This document shows, piece by piece, positions 9,197 to 19,377 of a stretch of 64,000 nucleotides of DNA; within the stretch, counting starts at the first letter, position 1; each line of letters opens with the position of its first letter. The notes beneath the pieces are model-generated. The model ran no database searches. It was not told where the DNA came from and saw nothing but the letters and a program-made list of their open reading frames with translations. A program made the translations under genes and the position numbers. Source of the DNA: Candidatus Staskawiczbacteria bacterium. Its GTDB lineage: Bacteria > Patescibacteriota > Minisyncoccia > Minisyncoccales > Staskawiczbacteraceae. The stretch covers positions 8,711-72,710 of the forward strand of contig JAPLZC010000009.1 in NCBI GenBank assembly GCA_026395215.1, given 5' to 3'.

Positions 9197-9216
9197 CGAA
9201 TTATTAAATAAATCAA
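9189..9216 (-). promoter_or_regulatory. Minus-strand promoter TTGATT-N16-TATACT (towards the micro-ORF operon)
   Basis: Reverse complement of AATCAA (9211-9216) and AGTATA (9189-9194). Its -10 box overlaps the -10 box of the plus-strand promoter. Confidence 0.4.
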
Positions 9217-9339
9217 GGCGTAAACACTTGACTTATAAAAATAAATATAATAAGATAGTATTATCGTAAAAAAATATTAAAATAATAAAAAGTAATTAAA
9301 GCTTTTGTGCCAGGTTATGGCGCCAAGCAAAAAAATAGA

Positions 9340-10536
9340 ATGGCAACAGAAAAATTTGAGAGGTCTAAGCCTCACGTAAATATTGGTTCTATTGGTCACG
9401 TTGATCATGGAAAAACCACATTGTCCGCCGCAGTTATGAAAGTCGCAAAATTGCGCGGTTTTAAGTCTTCAGATAAAAACGTTGATCAAATTGACGCTTC
9501 GCCTGAGGAAAAAGCAAGAGGCGTGACGATTTCTATTACTCACTTGGAGTTTGAAACAGCAAAAAGGCACTATGCATGGATTGATTGCCCAGGACACGCT
9601 GACTACATTAAAAACATGATTACGGGAGCCGCTCAAATGGACGGTGGAGTTTTGGTAGTTTCTGCACCAGACGGACCTATGCCTCAAACAAAAGAGCACA
9701 TTTTGTTGGCCAGACAAGTTGGTTTGCCAAGCTTGGTTGTATTTATGAACAAATGCGATATGGTTGACGACCCAGAGATTTTGGAATTGGTTGAATCAGA
9801 AATTAGAGAATTATTAAAGAAAAACGGATACCCAGGAGACGAAACACCAATCATTAGAGGTTCTGCAACAAAAGCGCTAGAAGCTACTTCAATAGATGAT
9901 GCTGCATGCAAACCAATTGTTGAATTGATGGATGCAGTTGATAACTATATCCCAGAACCTGCAAGAGAATTGGATAAACCATTCTCTATGGCAATTGAAG
10001 ATGTATTCTCAATTGAAGGAAGAGGAACAGTTGCAACAGGAAGAATTTCAAGAGGAGTTATCAAACCAAATGATGATGTTGAAATTGTTGGTATTAGACC
10101 AACAGCAAAAACAGTTGTTGTTTCCGTTGAAATGTTCCAAAAATCACTTGATCAAGGAAATGCCGGAGATAACGTTGGAATTTTGTTAAGAGGTTTGAAG
10201 AAAGAAGATATAGAAAGAGGACAAGTTATCTGCAAACCAGGTTCAATTAACCCTCATACAGAATTTGAAGCTGAGGTTTACGTTTTGTCCAAGGATGAAG
10301 GTGGAAGACATACTCCATTTTTCACAGGATACAAACCACAGTTATATATTGGAACATCTGATATTACAGGAGACGTAACTTTACCAGTTGGAACAGAAAT
10401 GGTTATGCCTGGAGATACAGCATCTTTCACAGTTAAATTAATTGCTCCTATTGCTTTGGAAGAAAAAGGTAAATTTGCAATTAGAGAAGGAGGAAAAACA
10501 GTCGGATCAGGAGTTGTAACAAAGATAATCAAGTAA
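9340..10536 (+). CDS. tuf: Elongation factor Tu
   Basis: [22 protein letters not shown]. Start moved to ATG 9340 ([16 protein letters not shown]). Confidence 0.97.
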   Translation: MATEKFERSKPHVNIGSIGHVDHGKTTLSAAVMKVAKLRGFKSSDKNVDQIDASPEEKARGVTISITHLEFETAKRHYAWIDCPGHADYIKNMITGAAQMDGGVLVVSAPDGPMPQTKEHILLARQVGLPSLVVFMNKCDMVDDPEILELVESEIRELLKKNGYPGDETPIIRGSATKALEATSIDDAACKPIVELMDAVDNYIPEPARELDKPFSMAIEDVFSIEGRGTVATGRISRGVIKPNDDVEIVGIRPTAKTVVVSVEMFQKSLDQGNAGDNVGILLRGLKKEDIERGQVICKPGSINPHTEFEAEVYVLSKDEGGRHTPFFTGYKPQLYIGTSDITGDVTLPVGTEMVMPGDTASFTVKLIAPIALEEKGKFAIREGGKTVGSGVVTKIIK

Positions 10537-10542
10537 AGATAA

Positions 10543-10917
10543 ATGCCCGCTACTAAAAAGACTGCTACAAAAAAGAAGGAGGCAAAAGTTACCGAAGTTA
10601 AAGTCCCAGAAATGGGGCTTAAACTTCGTATAAAGCTGAAAGCATACGACCACAAGATAATTGATAATTCTGCAAAGCAAATAATTGATATTGCTAACAG
10701 ATTTGGTGCTGAAGTTTTAGGGCCTGTGCCTCTTCCAACAGAGATTCTGAAATACACCGTTAACAGATCATCTTTCGTACACAAAAATGCCAGAGAGCAG
10801 TTTGAAATGAGAGTACACAAAAGGATTATTGATATTTTAAATCCCAATGCAGAAATTATAGAATCACTCAGAGATTTGAATTTGCCTTCAGGCGTTGACA
10901 TTACAATAAAAATTTAG
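10543..10917 (+). CDS. rpsJ: 30S ribosomal protein S10 with a Lys-rich N-terminal extension
   Basis: [20 protein letters not shown]...HKRIIDI core. Synteny tuf-S10-L3. Confidence 0.95.
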   Translation: MPATKKTATKKKEAKVTEVKVPEMGLKLRIKLKAYDHKIIDNSAKQIIDIANRFGAEVLGPVPLPTEILKYTVNRSSFVHKNAREQFEMRVHKRIIDILNPNAEIIESLRDLNLPSGVDITIKI

Positions 10918-11036
10918 TAAGATAGTTTATAGCGCGATAGTTAACTTCCCATTCGACTCCGCTTCGGCGTCGCTCAGGGTAACAACATTGCTATGCGCTG
11001 GGTGAGTAGCCCAGCTTTTAGTTAAAAGATATAAAG

Positions 11037-11639
11037 ATGAAATATATACTCGGTAAAAAATTAGGAATGTCCCAGCTATTTGAACAAAACGGAAAATTGA
11101 CTCCGGTCACTTTAATTGCAGTTGGACCTTGTTATGTTTTGCAGAAAATGACAAAGGAGAAAGAAGGATACGAAGCTTTACAACTTGGTTTTAAAAAGAT
11201 TGAAAAGAAAAACAAGATAACCAAGACAATGAAGGGAAAGGAATTTGGATATATCAAAGAGTATAGAGTGAGTGAACCGGAATTAAATAAGTATAATGTA
11301 GGAGATGAAATAAACGTCTCAATTTTTCAAGAGGGAGAAATTATAAAAGTTTCCGGAAGATCAAAAGGAAAAGGATTCCAGGGAGGAGTTAAAAGGCACG
11401 GTTTTCATGGAAGAAATGCCACTCACGGAGTTAAACACGAACAAAGAACAATAGGTTCAACCGGTACAAGATTTCCTCAGCACGTTATAAAAGGACGAAA
11501 AATGCCAGGCCGTACAGGATATGATAATGTTACAGTTAAAAATTTAAAAATAATGAAGGTTGATAAAGAAAATAATGTGCTGGTGGTAAGAGGGGCAGTC
11601 CCAGGAATAACAAGCACACTATTAGAAATAAAAGGATAA
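11037..11639 (+). CDS. rplC: 50S ribosomal protein L3
   Basis: GKGFQGGVKRHGFHG motif; S10-operon order. Confidence 0.95.
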   Translation: MKYILGKKLGMSQLFEQNGKLTPVTLIAVGPCYVLQKMTKEKEGYEALQLGFKKIEKKNKITKTMKGKEFGYIKEYRVSEPELNKYNVGDEINVSIFQEGEIIKVSGRSKGKGFQGGVKRHGFHGRNATHGVKHEQRTIGSTGTRFPQHVIKGRKMPGRTGYDNVTVKNLKIMKVDKENNVLVVRGAVPGITSTLLEIKG

Positions 11640-11640
11640 C

Positions 11641-12267
11641 ATGAAAATAGACGTTTATAATCAAAACGGAGAAGTTACTGGAAGCACAGTGTTGCCGAAG
11701 GAAATTTTTGATGTGAAATTTAATGCTGATTTGGTGCACCAAATTGTGGTTTCTTTATCGGCAAACAAAAGACAGATTTCAGCTCATACAAAAACCAGAG
11801 GAGAAGTTTCCGGCGGAGGTAAAAAACCATGGAGACAAAAGGGAACTGGTAGATCAAGGCATGGATCAATAAGATCTCCATTGTGGAAAGGTGGAGGAGT
11901 AACTCATGGACCAAGAAAGGACAGAATATTTGAAGTTGAAATACCAAAGAAAATGAGAAGGAAAGCTTTGTTAATGGTATTGTCTCAAAAAGCAAAAGAC
12001 AAACAATTGGTTATTTTGGATAAAATTGAATCTAACGGAAAAACAAAAGAAATGGCAAAGGCATTGGCAAAATTGCCATGCAATAATCAAGCAACATTGG
12101 TTGCAATGCCAAATTATGACAAAAAGATATTTTTAGCTACCAGAAATATAAAGAAAACAACAATTGAAGATGCAAGGAATTTAAATGTTTTAGACTTGCT
12201 TAGTTCAAAATATTTATTGCTGACAAAGGAGAGTATCAAAACAATTGAAAACACATTTAACAAATAG
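11641..12267 (+). CDS. rplD: 50S ribosomal protein L4
   Basis: GGGKKPWRQKGTGRSRHGSIRSPLWKGGG. Confidence 0.95.
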   Translation: MKIDVYNQNGEVTGSTVLPKEIFDVKFNADLVHQIVVSLSANKRQISAHTKTRGEVSGGGKKPWRQKGTGRSRHGSIRSPLWKGGGVTHGPRKDRIFEVEIPKKMRRKALLMVLSQKAKDKQLVILDKIESNGKTKEMAKALAKLPCNNQATLVAMPNYDKKIFLATRNIKKTTIEDARNLNVLDLLSSKYLLLTKESIKTIENTFNK

Positions 12268-12269
12268 AT

Positions 12270-12713
12270 ATGGCTATATTAGATTTTTTAAAAAATAAAA
12301 AAAGTGCTGAGAAGTCTAGAAAGACAGTGAAAAAGACCGAGAAGGTTTTGGTTGCCAGACCTAATGGTGGGCAGGCTAAAAAAGAAGAGAAAAAAACAGA
12401 AGCTTCAAAGCCAGTATCTACATCAGTAAAAACAGGAAAATTCTCTTATGAGGTTGTCAGACAGCCACACATATCAGAGAAGGCCAGTTATTTAGCCGAA
12501 AAAAACCAGTATGTATTTGAAGTTTCGCCTAATTATAATAAAAATGAAATTAAAGACGCGGTAGCAGGAATTTATGGAGTGGATGTCCTATCAGTTAATG
12601 TAATAAAAATTCCGGCAAAGAAAAGAAGATTGGGTAAAACAGAAGGATTTAGAAAGGCCTACAAAAAGGCAGTTGTTACCATTAAAGAAGGTCAAAAAAT
12701 AGAAATTCTATAA
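12270..12713 (+). CDS. rplW: 50S ribosomal protein L23 with a roughly 55-aa N-terminal extension
   Basis: Core HISEKASYLAEKNQYVFEV...KAVVTIKEGQKI. Operon position. Confidence 0.9.
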   Translation: MAILDFLKNKKSAEKSRKTVKKTEKVLVARPNGGQAKKEEKKTEASKPVSTSVKTGKFSYEVVRQPHISEKASYLAEKNQYVFEVSPNYNKNEIKDAVAGIYGVDVLSVNVIKIPAKKRRLGKTEGFRKAYKKAVVTIKEGQKIEIL

Positions 12714-12733
12714 TATATCGCTACGCCAATATT

Positions 12734-13561
12734 ATGAAAACGTATAAACCAACAACACCATCAAGACGCGGAATGACAGGAATAGATTTTTCTCAGCTTA
12801 CAAAGAATAAGAAGCCAGAGAAAAGCCTTTTGAAATACGTCAGGAGAGATGTGGGCAGGGCCAGCTCGGGAAGAATTTCTGTAAGGCACAAAGGAGGCGG
12901 AGTTAAACAATTATACAGAATAATTGAATTTTCACAGACTAAGATGGATTTGCCAGCAAAAGTCATTGCTCTAGAATACGATCCAAACAGGACAGCTTTT
13001 ATTGCTTTAATACAATACGCAGACCAAACAAAACAATATATTATAACTCCACAAGGTTTGAAGGTTGGAGATGAAATAATTTTTTCAGAGTTGTCGCCAT
13101 TGACTCCGGGAAACAGGACAAAGTTAAAGAAAATACCGGTTGGAACCGCAGTTTACAATATTGAATTAGAGCCAGGAAAAGGAGGAAAGGTTGTCAGATC
13201 TGCCGGATCTTCCGCTCAGGTTTTGGCTTATGACGGAGATTATGTTAACTTGAAAATGCCCTCTACTGAAATAAGAAAGTTCTTGGGGGAATGTTTTGCA
13301 TCTATTGGAATGGTTTCAAATCCGGAAAATAGATTTTATAGAGTTGGAAAAGCAGGAAAAAACAGACACAAAGGAATAAGACCAACTGTTAGAGGTTCTG
13401 CAATGAATCCGGTAGATCATCCACACGGAGGAGGTGAAGGCAGACAGCCAATTGGTTTGAAACATCCAAAAACACCATGGGGTAAACCTGCATTGGGAGT
13501 TAAAACAAGAAACGTGAAAAAGTGGTCAAATAAATTAATTATTAGCAGAAGAAAGAAGTAA
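12734..13561 (+). CDS. rplB: 50S ribosomal protein L2
   Basis: VRHKGGGVKQLYR, MNPVDHPHGGGEGR. Confidence 0.97.
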   Translation: MKTYKPTTPSRRGMTGIDFSQLTKNKKPEKSLLKYVRRDVGRASSGRISVRHKGGGVKQLYRIIEFSQTKMDLPAKVIALEYDPNRTAFIALIQYADQTKQYIITPQGLKVGDEIIFSELSPLTPGNRTKLKKIPVGTAVYNIELEPGKGGKVVRSAGSSAQVLAYDGDYVNLKMPSTEIRKFLGECFASIGMVSNPENRFYRVGKAGKNRHKGIRPTVRGSAMNPVDHPHGGGEGRQPIGLKHPKTPWGKPALGVKTRNVKKWSNKLIISRRKK

Positions 13562-13570
13562 ACTAATACT

Positions 13571-13939
13571 ATGTCAAGAAGTTTAAAAAAAGGCCCATAT
13601 ATTGACGCAAAGCTACTTGAGAAAGTGCTGGCTTTGAGGAAAGACGAAAAGAAAATTATTAAGACTTGGGCAAGACATTCAACAATTTCACCGGAAATGG
13701 TAGGGCACACATTTGGCGTGCATAATGGCAAAGAGTTTGTTGCAGTTTATGTTTCAGAGGATATGGTAGGTCATAAACTTGGAGAATTTTCACCAACAAC
13801 GAAGTTTTCAAGACATGGAGGAAGAATGCAGAGAGATATAGAAGCAGGAGCTGAACAAAAAGAAGCGGTAAGTATTGCCGGAGCAGCTGCACCAAAAGCA
13901 GCCGCAGCACCAGCAGCAAAGCCTGGACCTAAAAAGTAG
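13571..13939 (+). CDS. rpsS: 30S ribosomal protein S19 with an Ala-rich C-terminal tail
   Basis: [24 protein letters not shown]. Confidence 0.95.
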   Translation: MSRSLKKGPYIDAKLLEKVLALRKDEKKIIKTWARHSTISPEMVGHTFGVHNGKEFVAVYVSEDMVGHKLGEFSPTTKFSRHGGRMQRDIEAGAEQKEAVSIAGAAAPKAAAAPAAKPGPKK

Positions 13940-14023
13940 CATACGAAAAGCGCACTACGAAAGCGCCCATACGAATTAGTATTTTAGTAGATTAGAATAA
14001 AATTAGTAGATTAGTATTATATT

Positions 14024-14413
14024 ATGGAAATAAAAGTAAAATTATCAAATTTCAGGACATCTCCGAGAAAAGTCAGGCAGGTTGCCGACTTGGTAAGAGG
14101 GAAAAGCGTGTCAGAAGCACAGTCTATACTTTTGTTTACTGTTAATAAATCTTCCCCGATTATTTTAAAACTTTTGAATTCAGCAATAGCATCAGCAACC
14201 CACGATATGCACATGGACGAATCAAATTTATATATTGCAAGAATTACTGTTGACGAAGGGCCAAAATTGAAGAGATGGCACCCAATGTCCCGTGGCCGTG
14301 CATACCCAATTATAAAAAGATCTTCGCATATTGCTTTAATATTATCGGAAAAAAAACCAGTCGAAACAAAAATTAAAGAAGTAAAAAAAGAAGTTAAAAA
14401 AGTGAAGAAATAA
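14024..14413 (+). CDS. rplV: 50S ribosomal protein L22
   Basis: SPRKVRQVADLVRGKSV; operon position. Confidence 0.93.
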   Translation: MEIKVKLSNFRTSPRKVRQVADLVRGKSVSEAQSILLFTVNKSSPIILKLLNSAIASATHDMHMDESNLYIARITVDEGPKLKRWHPMSRGRAYPIIKRSSHIALILSEKKPVETKIKEVKKEVKKVKK

Positions 14414-14442
14414 TATATCGCTACGCTAAATTTCGAAAATTT

Positions 14443-15096
14443 ATGGCACACAAAGTCCACCCAAAATCATTTAGAATAAAAGGAACAGAGGATTGGAATA
14501 TCCGTGGTTTTTATGGCAGAAAAATGCCCCAGTTTTTGGAAGAAGACTTTCTGATTAAGGACTTTTTAAGAAAAAAATTAATAGAGGCATCGATTGCCGG
14601 AATTCAAATTGAACACTCGGCCAACAAGGTTAATGTTATTATTGAAACAGCCCGCCCTGGTTTGATTATTGGAAGGGGAGGAGAAGGTATTGAAAAGTTA
14701 AAAAAAGAAGTAGAAAAGAAAATACAGAGAAAACTAAAGAATAAAAATATTAGAGAAATAAAACTGGAAATAAGGGAAGTAAAAAATCCTTGGATTTCTT
14801 CGGCTTTGGTGGCGCAAATGGCTGCTCAACAAATTGAAAAACGTATGCCATTTAGGCAGGTTTTGAAAAAATCAATTGAGAGAGTTATGACCAACAGAGA
14901 AGTCAAAGGAATAAGAATGGAAGTTTCCGGAAGATTGAACGGAATTGAAATTGCAAGAAGAGAATGGCTAGGATCAGGTCAGATGCCAAGGAATACAATA
15001 AGGGCAGATATTGATTATGCGCACGATGAAGCTCAATGTACATATGGAAAAATTGGTATAAAGGTTTGGTTATATAAAGGAGAAAAATTTGAATAA
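14443..15096 (+). CDS. rpsC: 30S ribosomal protein S3
   Basis: HKVHPKSFR, KH-like GRGGEGIEKLK. Confidence 0.95.
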   Translation: MAHKVHPKSFRIKGTEDWNIRGFYGRKMPQFLEEDFLIKDFLRKKLIEASIAGIQIEHSANKVNVIIETARPGLIIGRGGEGIEKLKKEVEKKIQRKLKNKNIREIKLEIREVKNPWISSALVAQMAAQQIEKRMPFRQVLKKSIERVMTNREVKGIRMEVSGRLNGIEIARREWLGSGQMPRNTIRADIDYAHDEAQCTYGKIGIKVWLYKGEKFE

Positions 15097-15114
15097 CCCA
15101 CAGGGTAAAAATAT

Positions 15115-15534
15115 ATGGGAATATTAATGCCGAAAAAAGTTAAACACAGGAAGTGGCACAAAGGTGTGTCAAAGGGAATTGAAAACAGAGCAACTGATCT
15201 TAATTTTGGTAGCTTTGGTTTAAAGTCTTTAGATACTAGCTGGTTAACTTCAAGACAATTGGAGTCCGCAAGAAGACACATAATTAGATATTTCAAAAAG
15301 GGAGGCAAGCTTTGGATGAGAGTTTTTCCAGATAAGCCAGTAACTTCTAAAGGAGGTGAGGTTGGAATGGGAAGCGGAAAAGGAGCAGTTGACCATTATG
15401 TTTATGCAATTAGACCAGGAAGAATGATTTTTGAAATAGATGGTTTAAAAGAAGATATAGCAAAGGAGGCACTTGAAGGAGCAGGAAATAAGTTGCCAAT
15501 AAAGACAAAATTTGTTAAGAAAGACAATATATAA
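15115..15534 (+). CDS. rplP: 50S ribosomal protein L16
   Basis: MPKKVKHRKWHKG. The true start may be ATG 15127. Confidence 0.93.
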   Translation: MGILMPKKVKHRKWHKGVSKGIENRATDLNFGSFGLKSLDTSWLTSRQLESARRHIIRYFKKGGKLWMRVFPDKPVTSKGGEVGMGSGKGAVDHYVYAIRPGRMIFEIDGLKEDIAKEALEGAGNKLPIKTKFVKKDNI

Positions 15535-15536
15535 AC

Positions 15537-15722
15537 ATGAAAACCCTTGAATTAAGAAAAAAAGATAGGAAAGAGCTGGAAAAAACTGTACACGAACTTA
15601 GAAAAAAACTGAGCGATCTTAGATTTAAGTTTTCATCCGGAAAATTGAAGAATGTTAAGGAGATAAATAATTCCAAAAAGGAAATGGCAAGAATATTAAC
15701 CATTCTTAACGAAACAAAATAA
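15537..15722 (+). CDS. rpmC: 50S ribosomal protein L29
   Basis: 61 aa helical protein, LRKKDRKELEKTVHELRKKL; operon position. Confidence 0.88.
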   Translation: MKTLELRKKDRKELEKTVHELRKKLSDLRFKFSSGKLKNVKEINNSKKEMARILTILNETK

Positions 15723-15723
15723 T

Positions 15724-15957
15724 ATGGCAAAGAAATTATTACAAGGAATTGTGGTTTCCGATAAAATGCAAAAGACAGTTGTAGTTGAAGTAGAATCAAT
15801 AAAGGAACACCCAAAATATAAAAGAAGATATAAATTTCACAACAGATTTAAAGCCCACGACGAGGCTGGACAATACCATGTGGGGGACAAAGTTGTAATA
15901 GAAGAAACAAAACCAATGTCAAAGGATAAAAATTGGATAGTTTTAAGAAAAATTTAA
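15724..15957 (+). CDS. rpsQ: 30S ribosomal protein S17
   Basis: LQGIVVSDKMQKTVVVEV...KYKRRYKFH. Confidence 0.93.
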   Translation: MAKKLLQGIVVSDKMQKTVVVEVESIKEHPKYKRRYKFHNRFKAHDEAGQYHVGDKVVIEETKPMSKDKNWIVLRKI

Positions 15958-15976
15958 AAATTTAAAAATTTAAAAA

Positions 15977-16345
15977 ATGATACAGCCAAGATCAATGTTA
16001 AAGGTTGCAGATAATACCGGAGCTAAAATTATCCAGGTTATTAATGTGCCAGGAGGAACCAGGAAGCATTATGCTCAGCTGGGAGAAATTGTTGTTGCGG
16101 CTGTTAAAAAAGCTGAACCAAGGAAAATTGTTAAAAAACATGATAAAGTAAAAGCAGTTATTGTAAGGCAAAGGAAAGAGTTCAAGAGAGCAGATGGTTC
16201 TTATATAAGATTTGATGATAATGCGGCAGTTATTTTAGGCGAAGGAAAAGAGCCAAAAGGTACAAGAATTTTAGGACCAACAGCCAAGGAATTAAAAGAC
16301 AAAGGTTTTGGCACAATAGCCATGATGGCGTCGGAATTATTATAA
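15977..16345 (+). CDS. rplN: 50S ribosomal protein L14
   Basis: MIQPRSMLKVADNTGAK. Confidence 0.97.
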   Translation: MIQPRSMLKVADNTGAKIIQVINVPGGTRKHYAQLGEIVVAAVKKAEPRKIVKKHDKVKAVIVRQRKEFKRADGSYIRFDDNAAVILGEGKEPKGTRILGPTAKELKDKGFGTIAMMASELL

Positions 16346-16351
16346 AAAATT

Positions 16352-16657
16352 ATGAAGATTAAAAAAGGAGATAACGTTTTAATAACAGCAGGAAAAGACA
16401 AGGGTAGAACAGGAAAAATAATGAGAGCCTTACCAAAGGAGCAGAAGGTTTTAGTTGAAGGAATAAATTTAAAAAAGAAGCACGTCAGGCCGAAAAAAGA
16501 AGGAGAGAAAGGACAAATTGTTGAAATACCTGCAACTATTGACGTTTCTAACGTAGAATTGATTTGTCCTAAATGTGGGAAGGTCACAAAAGTTGGATAT
16601 AAAATTGATAAAGATATTAAAAAACGTGTTTGTAAAAAGTGTAAACAAGAAATCTAA
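16352..16657 (+). CDS. rplX: 50S ribosomal protein L24 (with a C-terminal CPKCG...CKKC zinc-ribbon-like segment)
   Basis: KIKKGDNVLITAGKDKGRTGKI KOW motif. Confidence 0.92.
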   Translation: MKIKKGDNVLITAGKDKGRTGKIMRALPKEQKVLVEGINLKKKHVRPKKEGEKGQIVEIPATIDVSNVELICPKCGKVTKVGYKIDKDIKKRVCKKCKQEI

Positions 16658-17220
16658 TGGAAAGCTTAAAAGAAAAATATAAAAAAGAGGTTATACCCGC
16701 CATGATGCAGAAATTTGGCTATAAAAGTGCCATGGCAGTTCCTTCAATTAGAAAGGTGGTTTTGAATAGCTCATTTGGAAAAGCGGTTGTCGGCAAGTCT
16801 GGTTCAGAAAGGGAGAAAATTCAGAATCTTATTATGCAGGATTTATCTTTAATTGCCGGGCAAAAAACAAATTTGGTAAAATCAAAGAAATCAATTGCCG
16901 GATTTAAATTGAGAGAAGGATTAGAGATAGCGGCAGTTGTCACTTTAAGGAAAAGTAAAATGTGGGATTTGTTGGAAAGATTAATTTACCTTTCTTTGCC
17001 AAGATCTAGAGACTTTAAAGGATTAGACCCAAAATCAATAGATAAGAATGGAAATTTGTCTATTGGATTTAAGGAGCACATTTTCTTCCCAGAGATTTTT
17101 ACTGAAAAGGAAAAAACAATTTTTGGATTTGAAATAAACATTGCAACAAACGCAAAAAGTAAGGAGGAAGGATTAGAATTATATAAATTATTAGGCTTTC
17201 CAATGAAGGAAATAAAATAA
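16657..17220 (+). CDS. rplE: 50S ribosomal protein L5
   Basis: Operon position; [12 protein letters not shown] and GFEINIAT motifs. Confidence 0.93.
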   Translation: MESLKEKYKKEVIPAMMQKFGYKSAMAVPSIRKVVLNSSFGKAVVGKSGSEREKIQNLIMQDLSLIAGQKTNLVKSKKSIAGFKLREGLEIAAVVTLRKSKMWDLLERLIYLSLPRSRDFKGLDPKSIDKNGNLSIGFKEHIFFPEIFTEKEKTIFGFEINIATNAKSKEEGLELYKLLGFPMKEIK

Positions 17221-17221
17221 C

Positions 17222-17407
17222 ATGGCAAAAGCATCACAAGAAGCAAAAGCAAAAGAAAAACCAAAATATCCATCAAGAAAACAGAGGAGATGTTTTAAAT
17301 GTGGCAGACGCCATGGTTTTATGAGAGCATTTGGACTTTGCAGAATTTGCTTCAGGGAATTGGCAAATAAAGGGGAAATTCCGGGAATTAAAAAATCAAG
17401 CTGGTAA
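17222..17407 (+). CDS. rpsN: 30S ribosomal protein S14, zinc-binding type Z
   Basis: 61 aa, [23 protein letters not shown]. Confidence 0.95.
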   Translation: MAKASQEAKAKEKPKYPSRKQRRCFKCGRRHGFMRAFGLCRICFRELANKGEIPGIKKSSW

Positions 17408-17417
17408 AAAAAATACT

Positions 17418-17807
17418 ATGACAGATCCAATTACAGACATGTTAAATCAGATAAAAAACGCGCAAGCTGTCCAAAAGACAGAGGCTTCTGTGCCGTTGTC
17501 AAAATTAAAAAACGAAATTGCCGGAATTTTGGTTAAGGAAGGATTTATAACAGAAGCTAAAAAAGCTACAAAAGGAAAAATTAAGATTTTGAAAATTACC
17601 TTAAAATATGACAATGAAGTGCCGGCAATTACAGGATTTAAGAGAATTTCTAAGCCAGGCCAGAGAATTTATAACAGTGTTCACGAAATCAGAAAAGTGC
17701 GTGGAGGATATGGAATTTCAATAATTTCCACTTCAAAAGGCTTAATGACAAATAAAGACGCAAGATATAAAAAAATGGGCGGAGAAGTAATCTGCCAGAT
17801 TTGGTAA
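17418..17807 (+). CDS. rpsH: 30S ribosomal protein S8
   Basis: Start moved to ATG 17418 (MTDPITDMLNQIKNA). The track start at 17331 overlaps rpsN. Confidence 0.95.
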   Translation: MTDPITDMLNQIKNAQAVQKTEASVPLSKLKNEIAGILVKEGFITEAKKATKGKIKILKITLKYDNEVPAITGFKRISKPGQRIYNSVHEIRKVRGGYGISIISTSKGLMTNKDARYKKMGGEVICQIW

Positions 17808-17827
17808 TTAACCGTTAAAATAAAATT

Positions 17828-18376
17828 ATGTCACGAATAGGTAAAAAAATAATAGAAATCCCTCAGGGCGTCACTGCAACAATCAGTGATAAAGAGATTA
17901 TAGTTAAGGGCCCTAAAGGAGAATTAAAGCAATTTATCCACCATGAAATTAAGGTTGAACAAAAGGATGGTAAGATTTTTGTTATGCCTAAAACTGAGCT
18001 TTCAAAAAGGGGCAGAGGTTTGTGGGGATTGTATAGAGCTTTAATTGCAAATATGGTTGAAGGAGTTAGTACTGGTTTTGCTAAAAAATTAGAGATAGAA
18101 GGAGTTGGTTTTAAAGCTAATATTGAAGGAGAAAATTTGGTTTTGAACCTTGGATTTACAAATCCAATCAAAATTGCAAAAATTCCAGGAGTTGATTTTT
18201 TGGTTGAAAAAAACATAATTACGGTTTCCGGACCAGATAAGGAAAGAGTAGGGCATATGGCGGCTTTAATTAGAATACAGAAGAAAGCGGAACCGTATAA
18301 AGGAAAAGGAATTAAATATCAAGGAGAAAAAATTAGAAGAAAAGAAGGTAAAAAAGTTGTAGCAACAACTAAATAA
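17828..18376 (+). CDS. rplF: 50S ribosomal protein L6
   Basis: [14 protein letters not shown]; operon position. Confidence 0.95.
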   Translation: MSRIGKKIIEIPQGVTATISDKEIIVKGPKGELKQFIHHEIKVEQKDGKIFVMPKTELSKRGRGLWGLYRALIANMVEGVSTGFAKKLEIEGVGFKANIEGENLVLNLGFTNPIKIAKIPGVDFLVEKNIITVSGPDKERVGHMAALIRIQKKAEPYKGKGIKYQGEKIRRKEGKKVVATTK

Positions 18377-18377
18377 C

Positions 18378-18728
18378 ATGAGTATAAAAAAAGACAAGAG
18401 AATAAGAAGGCATAAAAAAATAAGGATGATAATAAATGGGACTAAAGACAGACCAAGGCTGTTTGTTTTTAGGTCTAACCAGCATATTTATGCTCAGTTA
18501 ATTAATGATGAAAATGCGAAGGTGTTGATTAGTGCCTCTGACAAGGATTTAACCGTAAAAAAGGGATTGAAGAAATCAGATGCTGCAAAGAAGGTTGGAG
18601 AGTTAATTGCTAAAAAAGCAACGGAAATTAAAATTGAAAAAGTTGTTTTTGATAGAGGAGGACTTGTTTTTCATGGTAGAATAAAAGCATTAGCCGATGG
18701 AGCGAGAGAAGGCGGACTTAAATTCTAA
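18378..18728 (+). CDS. rplR: 50S ribosomal protein L18
   Basis: [18 protein letters not shown]...[23 protein letters not shown]. Confidence 0.95.
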   Translation: MSIKKDKRIRRHKKIRMIINGTKDRPRLFVFRSNQHIYAQLINDENAKVLISASDKDLTVKKGLKKSDAAKKVGELIAKKATEIKIEKVVFDRGGLVFHGRIKALADGAREGGLKF

Positions 18729-18743
18729 TATAAAATAAATTTT

Positions 18744-19373
18744 ATGGCAGACGAAATCAAAAAAGAAGAAACAAAATTTATACCAATTCCAACCGGAGAA
18801 ACTCCTACAGATTCGGCTAATAAACCAGCACAGAAAGGTGGTTTTGGTGGACAAAGAGGAGGAGGGTCACCTTTTGGATCTGGTCAGAGAAGGCCTGGTT
18901 TTGGTCGTGGAGGAGGTTTTGGAAAAGATAGAGCTAAAGATGAATTTCAAACAAAATTGTTGGATTTGGCAAGAGTTACCAGGGTTACCGGTGGAGGTAA
19001 GAGGATGAGTTTTAGAGCAGTTGTTGTTGCCGGAGATAAAAAGGGTAAGGTTGGTATTGGTATAGACAAAGGAAAAGATGTGTCTCAGGCCATTGATAAG
19101 GCTACTAGGCGCGCTAAAAGGGACTTAGTGAGTGTCATTATAATAGATGGAACAATTCCTCACGAAGTTGAAGCAAAATATGGACCTGCAGTAATTCTGT
19201 TAAAGCCCCAGATGAAAGGACGCGGATTGGTTGCCGGAGGAGCAGTTAGAACTATTTGCGATTTAGCCGGAATCAAAAACGTTTCTTCAAAAATTCTTTC
19301 TGGTTCAAAAAATAAATTAAATAATGCCAGAGCTACTATTGAAGCATTGAAGAAATTAAAAGCAAAAAACTAA
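18744..19373 (+). CDS. rpsE: 30S ribosomal protein S5 with a Gly-rich N-terminal extension
   Basis: RVTRVTGGGKRMSFRAVVVAGD, GRGLVAGGAVR. Confidence 0.95.
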   Translation: MADEIKKEETKFIPIPTGETPTDSANKPAQKGGFGGQRGGGSPFGSGQRRPGFGRGGGFGKDRAKDEFQTKLLDLARVTRVTGGGKRMSFRAVVVAGDKKGKVGIGIDKGKDVSQAIDKATRRAKRDLVSVIIIDGTIPHEVEAKYGPAVILLKPQMKGRGLVAGGAVRTICDLAGIKNVSSKILSGSKNKLNNARATIEALKKLKAKN

Positions 19374-19377
19374 AAAT

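Noticed and set aside
10278-10901. Long antisense ORFs inside confirmed genes (for example 10278-10901, 14017-14460, 16201-16587, 44889-45572, 26761-27300, 54870-55439)
   Set aside because: They are shadow frames of strongly supported genes on the opposite strand (tuf/rpsJ, rplV, rplN/rplX, rseP, purL, pyrF). Their composition is low-complexity.
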